From an uncultured archaeon (lineage in GTDB: Archaea > Micrarchaeota > Micrarchaeia > Anstonellales > Bilamarchaeaceae), in assembly GCA_963734525.1 (NCBI GenBank), contig CAVTHI010000001.1:25637-89636 (forward strand): a stretch of 64,000 nt of DNA, in the 5' to 3' direction. Position numbers and translations under genes: made by a program. The notes under the pieces were generated by a model. It saw nothing but the letters and a program-made list of their open reading frames with translations. It searched no databases and was not told the origin of the DNA. Positions within the stretch are counted from its first letter, which is position 1. Each line of letters starts with the position of its first letter. Shown in pieces: positions 37,903 to 47,818 of this stretch.

Positions 37903-39357
37903 ATGGCCGCCTATAGGATGTATATCGGGGGGGAATGGGTGGGGGCTGACTCTTATTTCGATTCAATCGACCCCGCGACTGAAAAGGCCATAGCCAGGTT
38001 CCCGCTCGGGGACCAGAGGCACGTGGGGATGGCTGTCGATGCGGCGAAGGACGCGTTCGGGAAATGGTCCAGGATGCCGCCGCCGAAAAGGGGCCTGATT
38101 CTCCAGAGGGCGGCTGAAATCCTCAGGATTGAAAAGGAGAGGCTCGGAAAGCTCGTGGCGACCGAGATGGGGAAGGTGCTGCCGGAAGCCCTCGGCGACG
38201 TGCAGGAGGCAATCGACACATTCGAGTATTTCGCAGGGGAAGGGAGGCGGCTTTACGGCCACACGACGACGAGCGAGCTGAAGGACAAGTTCTGCATGAC
38301 AATCCGGAGGCCGGTCGGCGTCGTCGGGCTGATTACCCCGTGGAACTTCCCGACCGCGATACCTGCATGGAAGCTCGCCCCCGCGCTGGTCTGCGGGAAC
38401 ACCGTCGTGTTCAAGCCAAGCTCGGATACGCCGCTTTGCGCATATGAAATGGTGAAGGTGCTGGTGAAGGCGGGCGTGCCTCCAGGCGTCGTCAATTTCG
38501 TGACCGGGCCGGCATCAACCGTAGGCGAGGCGATTGTTAAGCATCCGGATATATCCGGCCTCTCATTCACAGGCTCGAAGGCAACGGGCGAATGGATAAC
38601 GCGGAACGCCGGCCTCAAGAAGGTCGGCCTGGAACTCGGCGGGAAGAATCCCATAATAGTGATGGACGACGCCAGGCTGGATTTGGCGGTGGACGGGATA
38701 CTCTGGGGCGCGTTCGGGACTACCGGGCAACGCTGCACCGCGACGAGCCGGGTCCTTGCGCACAGGAAAATCAAGCCGAAGATGCTGTCCGCGCTTGTCA
38801 CGCGGGCGAGGATGCTTCGGCTCGGCCCGGGCATCCAGAAGACGAGCGATGTCGGCCCCCTGATAAACAAGGCGGCGCAGGAGAAGGCGGGCAAGTACGT
38901 GGGTATCGGAATAAGCGAGGGCGCGAAACTGCTCTGCGGCGGAAACAAGCCCGCGGGCAGGGGATTCTTCTTCAAGCCGACCATTTTCGACGATGTTCGG
39001 CCGGACATGAGGATAGCGAATGAGGAGATTTTCGGCCCGGTCCTCTCGGTCATAGGCTTCGATACGCTGGATGAGGCGATTGGCATCGCGAATTCGGTCG
39101 AATACGGCCTCAGCTCGTCCATCTACACCGCGGACATCGGGCGCGCGTTCAGGGCGATAGAGGGGATTGAAGCCGGGATAACATATATCAATTCGAGCAC
39201 GATTGGCGCGGAGGTGCATCTCCCGTTCGGCGGCGTGAAGGGCACGGGGCACACGAGGGAGGCGGGCATCCTGGGCTTGGATGAGTTCTCGAACACGAAG
39301 ACGGTCTACATAGACTACTCCGGAAAGCTCCAGAAGGCGCAGATTGACGTTGATTGA
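37903..39357 (+). CDS. Aldehyde dehydrogenase
   Basis: ITPWNFP, FTGS, ELGGKN, GQRCTA, EEIFGP and PFGG motifs. Confidence 0.95.
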   Translation: MAAYRMYIGGEWVGADSYFDSIDPATEKAIARFPLGDQRHVGMAVDAAKDAFGKWSRMPPPKRGLILQRAAEILRIEKERLGKLVATEMGKVLPEALGDVQEAIDTFEYFAGEGRRLYGHTTTSELKDKFCMTIRRPVGVVGLITPWNFPTAIPAWKLAPALVCGNTVVFKPSSDTPLCAYEMVKVLVKAGVPPGVVNFVTGPASTVGEAIVKHPDISGLSFTGSKATGEWITRNAGLKKVGLELGGKNPIIVMDDARLDLAVDGILWGAFGTTGQRCTATSRVLAHRKIKPKMLSALVTRARMLRLGPGIQKTSDVGPLINKAAQEKAGKYVGIGISEGAKLLCGGNKPAGRGFFFKPTIFDDVRPDMRIANEEIFGPVLSVIGFDTLDEAIGIANSVEYGLSSSIYTADIGRAFRAIEGIEAGITYINSSTIGAEVHLPFGGVKGTGHTREAGILGLDEFSNTKTVYIDYSGKLQKAQIDVD

Positions 39358-39366
39358 GGTGTCCAT

Positions 39367-39897
39367 ATGAAAGAAGCGGCCAAGCTTTTCGTCATGCAGC
39401 TCCAGTACGGGGGCATACCTGAAGGCATATACCATTACCTGCAGGAGCATGAAAAGAGGATGCTCATAGAGAAGGACGGCCGGTTCTTCCTGAGCGATGC
39501 GGAAAGGAAGCGGATAAAGGTCGTGCTGACTGGGGGCGTGTTCGACGTGCTCCACATAGGGCATATCGTGACGCTCACCGAGGCGAAAAAGCACGGCGAC
39601 GTGCTCATAGTGGCCATCGCGCGCAACGAGCACATCAGGAAGAAGGGCAGGGAGCCTATCCACGACGTGGAATACCGGAAAATCATGGTCGAATGCCTCA
39701 AGCCGGTGGACATGGCCATCGAGGGGTTCGAGGACCAGAAGAGGATGCTCGCGCTGGTGAAGCCGGACGTCATCGTCTACGGGTACGACCAGAAGGATTC
39801 CGTCCGGCCCGCGGGCGTCGAAATCGTGAAGCTCGAGCGCAGGATCGACGACTCGAAGTTCAAGACAGGGAAGATTCTCGAGCAGCTCGGCCTCTGA
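39367..39897 (+). CDS. ribL: FAD synthase / cytidylyltransferase family protein
   Basis: GGVFDVLHIGH and KPDVIVYGYDQ motifs. Confidence 0.75.
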   Translation: MKEAAKLFVMQLQYGGIPEGIYHYLQEHEKRMLIEKDGRFFLSDAERKRIKVVLTGGVFDVLHIGHIVTLTEAKKHGDVLIVAIARNEHIRKKGREPIHDVEYRKIMVECLKPVDMAIEGFEDQKRMLALVKPDVIVYGYDQKDSVRPAGVEIVKLERRIDDSKFKTGKILEQLGL

Positions 39898-39939
39898 GGA
39901 AGGGATTAGGGTAAATTTATAAATTTGCCATGAGTTTTC

Positions 39940-40332
39940 ATGGGCATGATTCTGGGTCAGTTCAAACCCATGGCGATGAAGCCGCCGGGAGAGGAGGAGA
40001 AGGAGCCTGAGCAGACGCAGAAGGGCACTCAGGACCGCTCGAGCAATTCGGACGATTTCCTCAAGACTCCGGAGGCCAAAGAGTTCATCGGCAGGATGTC
40101 GGAAAAGCTGAAGCAGGGCAATTTCCCGGCAACCAGAAGGGGAATCACAGACATCATGGGGACATTGCACCGCAATTCCAACCTCACCGACAAGGAAGTC
40201 ATGAAAGAGACGGAGAGGATTTTGCTGCGCCTCGGCGGCCTGGACGGCTTCAGCGGGGTGCTTTCCGGCCTGAAAGCGAAGTCCGAAGGCCTGATCAAAG
40301 GGCTGAAAGCGGTCTTCGGCGGCGGGAAATAA
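39940..40332 (+). CDS. Hypothetical protein
   Basis: ORF preceded by TTTATAAA. Confidence 0.6.
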   Translation: MGMILGQFKPMAMKPPGEEEKEPEQTQKGTQDRSSNSDDFLKTPEAKEFIGRMSEKLKQGNFPATRRGITDIMGTLHRNSNLTDKEVMKETERILLRLGGLDGFSGVLSGLKAKSEGLIKGLKAVFGGGK

Positions 40333-40337
40333 CGCTC

Positions 40338-40472
40338 ATGAACGTTGACGAAAGCAGGGCAAGGGAGCTCATACGCGAGGGCACGTGCCCGGTCTGCGGC
40401 ACCAAGCTGAAGCACATCGAAGGATGCGTGGAATGCATCATGTGCGGATGGAGCCAGTGCGGCGAGGCATGA
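40338..40472 (+). CDS. 44-aa zinc-ribbon protein missing from the ORF track
   Basis: MNVDESRARELIREGTCPVCGTKLKHIEGCVECIMCGWSQCGEA*. Confidence 0.75.
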   Translation: MNVDESRARELIREGTCPVCGTKLKHIEGCVECIMCGWSQCGEA

Positions 40473-40605
40473 CGCCCGCCATCACGGATTTGCGCCTTGG
40501 ATAGAACCTGCGCCGCCGGCATCCGGCGAGGGGCGCCTTTGGCGGTTTTAACGCAAATATACTATTTTGGCAACTTTTAAAAACTCGATGACGCTAATCC
40601 GCATC

Positions 40606-41649
40606 ATGCATGCCCGCAGCGACAGGTACCTGGGATACATGGCAAGCGCGGCAGACCGCGGCAGGTTCAGCAACGCCATGAAGGCGGCAGCGGCCCGCGG
40701 CGCCATCATCACGACCCACGACGTGCCTGACTGCGACGGCCTCGGCGCGGCATACGCACTGCAGAGGATACTGTTCAGGAAAGGCGCCATATCGGACATC
40801 GTCACAGGGCCGCATATCCACCTCACCGACCCGCTTGTCGATGCGCTCGGGATATGCACCAAACGCTGGGGCGAGATTCCCCCATCGGACCCGCGGCCGA
40901 TAATAGTCGTGGACACGAACACCCCGGCCCTCCTGAGCGGCATGAACTGCCGCGAGAACCAGCTCCTGATGGTGATAGACCACCACCAGAACGGCCATCT
41001 GGCACTGAAGCCCCTGAACATGATAGAGAACCAGTCTGCGATATCGGCGAGCGAGATAGTCGCGTCCCTCATCGACAGGAGGCTGATAGACCGCCAGAGC
41101 GCCCTCGCGCTGGCCGTCGGGATAGCGGGCGACAGCGAACGCCTGAGCGACGCGGAAATCGGGACGCTGCACATCTTCGAGTCCCTGCTCCGGATTTCCG
41201 GCGCGTCCAAGAAGGCCGTCGACGAGCTGGCCTACCCGGACCTGCCGCCTGGAATGGTCGCGGCCATCCTCGAGGAGATGAAGCACGTCGAAAGCGAGCT
41301 TTACGGAAACAGGGTCATCGCGGTCGCGGCGAGCACGCTCGAAAACCCGGCCATACTCGCGAACGAAATCCGCAACATGAACGCCGCGGTCGTCGCGGTG
41401 CTGAAAGAGCAGGAGGGCGGGTGGCACAAGGCCTCGTTCCGCGTAAGGTTCCGAGAAGCGAGGTCGGGCATACACGCCAATGACATCGCAAGGCGAACGA
41501 GCGAGGCCTGCGGCATGCCGGAGAATATGAGGGGCGGGGGGCACATAGACAAGGCCGGCGCCATGATACACGCCTGTTACCGCGAGATTTCTGACGCGGT
41601 GTTCGCAGCGGCCAGGGAGGCCATAGACGGGGCGGCGGGAAAGCAGTAG
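40606..41649 (+). CDS. DHH/DHHA1 phosphoesterase
   Basis: HDVPDCDGLG, VVDT, IDHH and GGGH motifs; start uncertain. Confidence 0.88.
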   Translation: MHARSDRYLGYMASAADRGRFSNAMKAAAARGAIITTHDVPDCDGLGAAYALQRILFRKGAISDIVTGPHIHLTDPLVDALGICTKRWGEIPPSDPRPIIVVDTNTPALLSGMNCRENQLLMVIDHHQNGHLALKPLNMIENQSAISASEIVASLIDRRLIDRQSALALAVGIAGDSERLSDAEIGTLHIFESLLRISGASKKAVDELAYPDLPPGMVAAILEEMKHVESELYGNRVIAVAASTLENPAILANEIRNMNAAVVAVLKEQEGGWHKASFRVRFREARSGIHANDIARRTSEACGMPENMRGGGHIDKAGAMIHACYREISDAVFAAAREAIDGAAGKQ

Positions 41650-41692
41650 AGTTTTTAAACACGATTCGCCAATCAAGGTTCTATCTTCAATT

Positions 41693-41846
41693 GCCTCGGT
41701 AGCTCAGCCGGTAGAGCGGCTGACTGTTAAGGCTTTTTGACTTCTGTCTTTCTCCGGGCAAAAACCCTGGAAAAAACCCTGAGGATAAAGGAGGTCAATT
41801 CGCCAAAGCAATCAGCAGGCCGGAGGTTCGAATCCTCCCCGGGGCG
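41693..41846 (+). tRNA. tRNA-Asn(GTT) with an 81-nt intron at 37/38 (intron 41730-41810)
   Basis: GCCTCGG/CCGGGGC acceptor; GCTGA-CTGTTA^A-TCAGC anticodon arm; GGAGG-TTCGAAT-CCTCC T-arm; 73 nt spliced; TTTTTAAA upstream. Confidence 0.92.
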
Positions 41847-41953
41847 TGAAAACATAAGAGAAGCATTAGCCTCGGGGACACGAGAACGATTCGTCGTTCT
41901 CGGAAATCCCCAGGGCGTTTTTCTAATTATAAACACGTCCGGGCCAATAACCG

Positions 41954-42891
41954 ATGGACAAACGCATCTTTGAGGAAAAAATCATGATGAGGGAACTGTC
42001 GCTGGAAGAGGCCAAGCCAATCTGGGACAAATTCGTCCCGGATAAGGTCGTCTGGACCGACGACTGGGACATACGCGTCGCCATCTGCAGGCATTACGGG
42101 TACAAGACCCTGATTCTCTACGACGGGAAAAACTTCTTCCCCCTGATGTTCGACGCCGGACCGGGGGTTCTACGAGATTATCGGCGGGGACAGCGTGGAG
42201 AGGAACTATCTCACGTTCGACCCGGAGTTCATGAAAGAGACCGACGGGATTCCGAAGGACGTGTATTTCGATTTCCTTGTCGAGCGGTTCGACGGATGCC
42301 TGGAGGGGCTCTGCCCGCAGTTTTTCCTGGACCTGACCGGCATTGAGGGCATAGATGACTACCTCAAGCGGTTCTCGAAGAAGCACCGGAAGAATTTCAA
42401 GAATGATTACCGGAAATTCGGCGGATCACGAGTTCCGGAAAGAGGGCTCCCTGGAAGGCATCGCCGAATTCAGCAAGGTGATGTTCGGGGAGAAGTCGGA
42501 CTTCGCATCAGGCGACCGGGGCTGCTATGACATCCTCGACAGGGACCCCCGGACCGAGTATTGGTCGGTAATCAAGGACGGCACCCCCGTGCTCACGACG
42601 CAATACTTCTTCTATGGGAAAACCATGTCGGTCTGCATCTGGGGCGTGGATGAACGATACGGAGATACGCTCAAGGTCGCATTGGTCGAGGCGATAAAGC
42701 TCGCCAAAAGCCGGGGCTGCACCAGGATAGACTATGCCCCGACGTATTCGGGCTGGAAATTCTTCTATCGCCTGGACACCGCGCCGCTGTGGAGGTACAA
42801 GCGGGGCAACATCCCGGATTCGGTCGATGCGGCAGAATACGGGGTACCGGCGGATGAAAAGGAAAGGCTGAAAGCGGAGGGCAGGCTGTAG
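41954..42891 (+). CDS. GNAT/FemAB-like acyltransferase, split over three frames by apparent indels
   Basis: YLKRFSKKHRKNFK; EAIKLAKSRGCTRIDY...WK. Confidence 0.65.
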
Positions 42892-42931
42892 CCGGGAAAC
42901 GGGATTGCGACGTTTATACCCCAATTTACAG

Positions 42932-43609
42932 TCACCAGACGAACGGAATCAGGCGGTATCGCGTTTTTTTGCAGTAATCCGAATACCCCGGCAGGCCGCG
43001 CCTGAGGACATCCTCTTCGTTCCGGATGCGAAGGGCGAGTATGGGGATGACAAGCAGGAACACCGGCAATGCCAAGTAGGAGCCGAGCGCCAGCGGCGTG
43101 GCGGAATACATGAAGATGACGCCGAGATACATAGGATGCCTGATGACGGAATACGGTCCCGTGGAAATTACTTTCTGCTCCTTCACCACCTCGATTGTGC
43201 GCCCGGCGAAGCTGTTCTCCCGGAAGACAAGGAAGATGAAGAGGTAGCTGAGGAAAACGACCGCGTCCGCTGCCAGAACCAGTTCCGCGGGGACGCTCGA
43301 CCATCCGAAGCGGCGGTCGATGCCCGGAAGCAAAAAGCCGACGATGAAAACGATGCTCGAAAGCTTGATGACCAGCTGCTGTTTCGCCTGTTTCTCCCTG
43401 AATTTTAACCGCCTCACCAAAAACTCCGGGTCGTTCTTCAGGAAATACGCGACCACGAAAGCCGCGGGGATGAAGACCACTGCAAGGTATGCCCACGCCT
43501 GCCAGTAATCCAGGGTGCCCGCGGGCACGAAAAACATGAGGCCGAGCATAAGGAACGCTGCCGGAAACAGCAGCAGCGCCCTTTTCTTGACAGCTTCAGC
43601 GTCCATCAT
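42932..43609 (-). CDS. Isoprenylcysteine carboxyl methyltransferase family membrane protein
   Basis: VISTGPYSVIRHPMY, RIRNEE and RLIPFVW motifs. Confidence 0.9.
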   Translation of the reverse strand: MMDAEAVKKRALLLFPAAFLMLGLMFFVPAGTLDYWQAWAYLAVVFIPAAFVVAYFLKNDPEFLVRRLKFREKQAKQQLVIKLSSIVFIVGFLLPGIDRRFGWSSVPAELVLAADAVVFLSYLFIFLVFRENSFAGRTIEVVKEQKVISTGPYSVIRHPMYLGVIFMYSATPLALGSYLALPVFLLVIPILALRIRNEEDVLRRGLPGYSDYCKKTRYRLIPFVW

Positions 43610-43787
43610 GCGGATAACCCGTCCGGATAATAAAATATATGCGTTAGGAGGATTTCTGCTTTTTCGAGTAATATCCGGGCCAGCAGATTGGGCAGACGGG
43701 GATTTCGCTGCTCTTGTAAAATTCATGGCCTCGGCTGCAAACCGTCGCTTTTCCTTTCCCTTTTTTCATGGAAATCGCATGCAGTCG

Positions 43788-44159
43788 CTATTTCTTCGCC
43801 TTCCGCGCGTTTTTTTTCGCCCGGGCCCTGACCAGCTTTTGGATAAGCGCGGCGGGAAGCTTGTTTTCCAGGGGAAAACGGACAGTCGAAACCGAAGTCC
43901 CGTAGGCTTTCAAAGCACCCTTGTTCTCCGCGATGATTGGGGGAGGGATGTAAAGCCCGATGTGGGTTTTTGCAAGCCTGAAATACGCGAGCCGCCCGTA
44001 AAATCCGTAATAGGGCATCCCGTAGCTGATGCGCTCGTCGGCCCCGGGCGCTGCGGCCTTGATGATTTTCCTAAGCCGGATGAGCTTGGGCCGGGCCTCT
44101 TTTGGGGCTGCGGCAATATATGCGCCCACGGCATCCGAAGTTTTTCCTTTGGTTTTCAT
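43788..44159 (-). CDS. DUF1801/YdhG-like protein
   Basis: VGAYIA..P...LRKIIKAAAPGADERISYGMP. Confidence 0.85.
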   Translation of the reverse strand: MKTKGKTSDAVGAYIAAAPKEARPKLIRLRKIIKAAAPGADERISYGMPYYGFYGRLAYFRLAKTHIGLYIPPPIIAENKGALKAYGTSVSTVRFPLENKLPAALIQKLVRARAKKNARKAKK

Positions 44160-44297
44160 GATATCCCAGGGACAACAAATCTCTGAAATTTTATAAATGT
44201 TCAAATGCGCCGGGAAAAACCGCCATGCCAGCCCCTGCCCCGGATTAATTGTGGTAAAAATGTAATAATTAAGAACATTATTGGGCTTAATCAGGGC

Positions 44298-44885
44298 ATG
44301 CGCACAAGCTTATCGAAAAGCGAATTCCTCGCCACAAGGCCCACGGGGGCTAAGGATGTCATACAAAGCCGGCTCGAGGGATGGGACTGCATCGGCTGCG
44401 GCAGGTGCTGCCTGGAGGTGGAAGGAAAATTCTCCATCCGGCTGATGCGGAGCGAAGGTTGCTTCATCGCCTTTTTCAAGGACGCCACCAGGAGGCCGGG
44501 GACGATGCGCGCCATCGCCCAGGACTTCGGGGATTCGACACTGTTCTCCTTCAGGGCTGGGAAGTGCATGTATTTCGACGGGGGGGAGAAGCGCTGCCGG
44601 GCGTACGACGAGAGGCCGGTGGTCTGCCGCGCGTTCCCGTTCGTATTCTCGCTCCAGCACGACATAGCCCTTAGCGCCGCATGCCCGGCGCTCGATGATT
44701 TGCGGCAACGCGGCATCCTGTTCATCTATGCTTCGGATTTCGACCGGCCCGAGATACCGATGCTCGCCCGCGCCGTGCCCCACCTTCAGCAACTCCGGGC
44801 CGGATTCAACAGGGCGTTCCCCCAATTCTCGGTCGAAACGCTTTTCGACGAAGCGAGGGGCGAGCCGTTCTACCCCATACGATAA
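44298..44885 (+). CDS. YkgJ-family cysteine-cluster protein
   Basis: CIGCGRCC, KCMYF and CRAYDERPVVCRAFPF motifs. Confidence 0.85.
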   Translation: MRTSLSKSEFLATRPTGAKDVIQSRLEGWDCIGCGRCCLEVEGKFSIRLMRSEGCFIAFFKDATRRPGTMRAIAQDFGDSTLFSFRAGKCMYFDGGEKRCRAYDERPVVCRAFPFVFSLQHDIALSAACPALDDLRQRGILFIYASDFDRPEIPMLARAVPHLQQLRAGFNRAFPQFSVETLFDEARGEPFYPIR

Positions 44886-44925
44886 GAAACGGGAAACAAG
44901 GGCGGGAGCTTGCCCGGCTGGGGGG

Positions 44926-46188
44926 TCACTCGTATCTCAGGGATTCGATGGGCGAGATTGAGGCCGCGTTCCTCGCAGGGACTATCCCCGCTATGATGCC
45001 CACGATGACCGAGAAAAACAGTCCCATGGCGACCAGCTCCAGCGTGATTGACGAGGGCAGGTCGAACATCGACAGCACTATGGATGCGAAGAAGCTCAGG
45101 CCCACGCCCGCAGCGCCCCCTATGAAGCCGAGCGTCGCCGCCTCGATGAGGAACAAACGCACGATATCTTTGTCTTTCGCCCCGAGCGCCTTGAAGACGC
45201 CGATGGTCTTGGTCTGCTCGAGCACGCTCATGAACATCGTGTTGAGGACTCCAATGCCGCCTACGATGAGCGATATCGAGGCTATGCCGCCAAGGAACAG
45301 CGTCAGCGTGCTTGTAATCGATGACACGGCGGATTGCATGGTTGTCGCCGTCACCACCGAAAAGTCGGCCTCCTCGTCATCGGAAAGCCCGTGGAGGGAC
45401 TTGAGTTCGGATTCCACATCAGCCGCCACCGAGTCGGGGTCATAGCCGTCCTTTGCCACGATGATGAGCTCGCCCGCATCCTCGTCCTCGTCGAAGAGGT
45501 CCTGCGCGGTCTCGATTGGGATGTAGACGCTGCTGTCCTCCCCGCCCATGCCGCCGGATTCGCCCAGGATGCCCACTACCTTGAATGCGACGCCGTTTAT
45601 CTCTATCTGGTTGTTGAGCATTTCTTCTTCCCCGTCCCCGTCGCCATTGAATACGGTATGCGCGACATTGTAGCCGATGACCGCCACGTAGTTGTCGCTG
45701 ACGCCAAGCAGGCGGCCGCTCTCGAGCTCCGTTGTCAATGTCTCCGGGAACGCGTCGGGGTCGGTGCCTATGACGCTAAGCGTGGTGTTCTTGGCCTTGT
45801 AAACGATTATCGCGCGCTCCTCAAGCCGGGCGTCTATGGCGGATATCCCGGAAATCGAACGGAGCTCGTCGGCTTCGTCGAAGGTTATGGACGCGTCATC
45901 GGGCTCTTCCTCCCCGAACGCCCCGCCCGGCGGCGGCCCCCCGCCCCCGCCTGCCAGCCCCATGCCCATCATGCGCCCTGCCCGCGTCGAACCGGCGGTG
46001 ACGGTTATCTGGTCGGCCCCAAGCGAGCTGGTCTGCCTGGTCACGTTCTCCTGCATCCCCATGCTTATCGATATGAGGGTTATTATCGCCGCTACGCCGA
46101 CGACAATGCCCAGAATGGTGAGCCAGCTGCGCAGCTTCTGGTGCATTATGTTCGTAAGGGCGATTTCGATGCTATCTTCGAGTTTCAT
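44926..46188 (-). CDS. ABC transporter permease (MacB/FtsX type)
   Basis: RSWLTILGIVVG, GGIGVLNTM, IGVFKALGA and PIESLRYE motifs. Confidence 0.92.
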   Translation of the reverse strand: MKLEDSIEIALTNIMHQKLRSWLTILGIVVGVAAIITLISISMGMQENVTRQTSSLGADQITVTAGSTRAGRMMGMGLAGGGGGPPPGGAFGEEEPDDASITFDEADELRSISGISAIDARLEERAIIVYKAKNTTLSVIGTDPDAFPETLTTELESGRLLGVSDNYVAVIGYNVAHTVFNGDGDGEEEMLNNQIEINGVAFKVVGILGESGGMGGEDSSVYIPIETAQDLFDEDEDAGELIIVAKDGYDPDSVAADVESELKSLHGLSDDEEADFSVVTATTMQSAVSSITSTLTLFLGGIASISLIVGGIGVLNTMFMSVLEQTKTIGVFKALGAKDKDIVRLFLIEAATLGFIGGAAGVGLSFFASIVLSMFDLPSSITLELVAMGLFFSVIVGIIAGIVPARNAASISPIESLRYE

Positions 46189-47779
46189 CCGAGCCCTCCG
46201 GGCCTTTCTTCTTGCCTTTCAGCTTCCTGTACCCGATGTACAGCCCGCCGAGAATGACGAGGCCCATGCCGGCATACAACGGGATGTTTTCCGTGGAACC
46301 GCCGCCCATGGGGCTGCCCGGGCGGCCGTTGAAAGTGCGGTTCCCGGACAACGTTGCGGCGGCTCCGGATGCGCCCCCTGCGTCCGCTGCCGCCGAATCC
46401 CCAATCAGCGCGATGGTTTTCTTCACGGTATGCTCGACATTGTCGTTGTCCTTGAAGACGACCGTCAGCGGGATGCCTGCCGAAGCGCCGGCGGGGACCT
46501 GGCCAAGCGGAGTAACCGTCACCGAATAGCTCGCGTAATCATCGACGCTGAGGGTCCCGATGAATTTCTCTCCCGAGCCGCTTACCCGGTAGTACTGCGT
46601 CGAGTCCGCCCGGACATACAGGGAGCGGACCGCGGTGTTTCCGATGTTGGATATCTTGGCAGTTATCTGGGTGCCATCATCGGCTGGCTCCGTCTCGGAT
46701 GTCAGGAGGATTTCCGGCGTGGCCTGGACCACTATGCCGACCTCGTATGTTTTCTCATCTCCATTGGTCTGCATGGAAATCGGGAGGGTGTAATAGCCCG
46801 ATGTGGACCCGGCATCCACGCCCAGGGTAAGTATTTCCGAGCGGCTTTCGCCCGGGGCGATATTGTCCAGATAGAACGTGTTGACGCCTATCGGGGTGAA
46901 CACGTCGGTTCCGTTGGCCGTGATGACTGCGGACTGCACGCTGCTGCCCCGGTTCTCGATAGTCAGGTTGTAGAGCAATTCCGACCCGATTTCGCTCTTT
47001 GAGACAGGGCTGCAGGTGATGCGGAGCGCAGATGAGGAGCCGGACACCATCACCGGGCCCAGGTATATCGTCTGGGATATCTCGTTCTGGAGGGCATCCT
47101 CGTATGTCAATGTGAGGGGAATGGCATATTTGCCCTCCGCCGCATCCGATGACGAGATCATCTGGACGGTGACATTCCTGCTCGAGTTCGCGTCGATGTC
47201 GCCCACCCTTTTCTGCGTCGTGCCGTCCAGGCTAAACGATGAGTTGTCGGCATTCTTGATGATGACATTCTTCATGATGCCGCCCGTGTTCTCGAGTTCC
47301 AGCGTTGCGGTGAGCGTCTCGCCCTTGCCGATGCTGTTGCTGCTCAATGAGAGCGTCCTGACTTCCAGCACCCCGTGCTGGTTGATTATGATGGGGATTG
47401 TTGACATCGTATGCTTGGAACCGGTCTCGTCCTCGTCCATGTAATAGATGTCGACGTTCACCAGCAATATTCCGCTGTCCACCTTTTCCGGCGCTTCGAA
47501 CGGTATTGTAGTAGTCATTTTGGAATCCGGCCCGATGTCCCCGAGGTAAAGGTTCCAGTTCTGGTCCGAACCGTACGTGTAATATACCACGGTGCCCTTG
47601 GCGGCCTCCGTCCCGGTGTTCGATACCGTGATTTGGAGCTGGCCAGAGGTTCCGGGGTATACGGAGGAAGGGACGATCGTGTAATCAGTCACCTGAAGGA
47701 CCGGGGCGGTCGAATCGACACTGAATGCCGCGGTCGAAAAAACCAATAGTACTGCAACGAATATGTTCAAGTTCTTCAT
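46172..47779 (-). CDS. COG1361-type S-layer/Ig-like domain protein
   Basis: Signal peptide, repeated beta-sandwich NxG motifs, C-terminal TM; lies between the ABC genes. Confidence 0.8.
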   Translation of the reverse strand: MKNLNIFVAVLLVFSTAAFSVDSTAPVLQVTDYTIVPSSVYPGTSGQLQITVSNTGTEAAKGTVVYYTYGSDQNWNLYLGDIGPDSKMTTTIPFEAPEKVDSGILLVNVDIYYMDEDETGSKHTMSTIPIIINQHGVLEVRTLSLSSNSIGKGETLTATLELENTGGIMKNVIIKNADNSSFSLDGTTQKRVGDIDANSSRNVTVQMISSSDAAEGKYAIPLTLTYEDALQNEISQTIYLGPVMVSGSSSALRITCSPVSKSEIGSELLYNLTIENRGSSVQSAVITANGTDVFTPIGVNTFYLDNIAPGESRSEILTLGVDAGSTSGYYTLPISMQTNGDEKTYEVGIVVQATPEILLTSETEPADDGTQITAKISNIGNTAVRSLYVRADSTQYYRVSGSGEKFIGTLSVDDYASYSVTVTPLGQVPAGASAGIPLTVVFKDNDNVEHTVKKTIALIGDSAAADAGGASGAAATLSGNRTFNGRPGSPMGGGSTENIPLYAGMGLVILGGLYIGYRKLKGKKKGPEGSDETRR

Positions 47780-47818
47780 TTCACCACATCCCGAGCGTTG
47801 ATTTTTCATCGATTTTTT

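Noticed and set aside
38563-40170. Long antisense ORFs (e.g. 38563..40170, 8086..9453, 21219..22517, 56199..57431)
   Set aside because: Shadow frames of well-supported genes in GC-rich DNA, with no protein motifs
4953-42891. Frameshifts in the hydrogenase large subunit, DUF4256, epimerase, rtcB, cobW, arcE-like, GNAT and other genes, read as programmed frameshifting or pseudogenes
   Set aside because: They are scattered single-base indels with no shared slippery motif, they hit genes expected to be essential such as rtcB, and the flanks are otherwise intact. Read or consensus error is most likely; read re-mapping would settle it.
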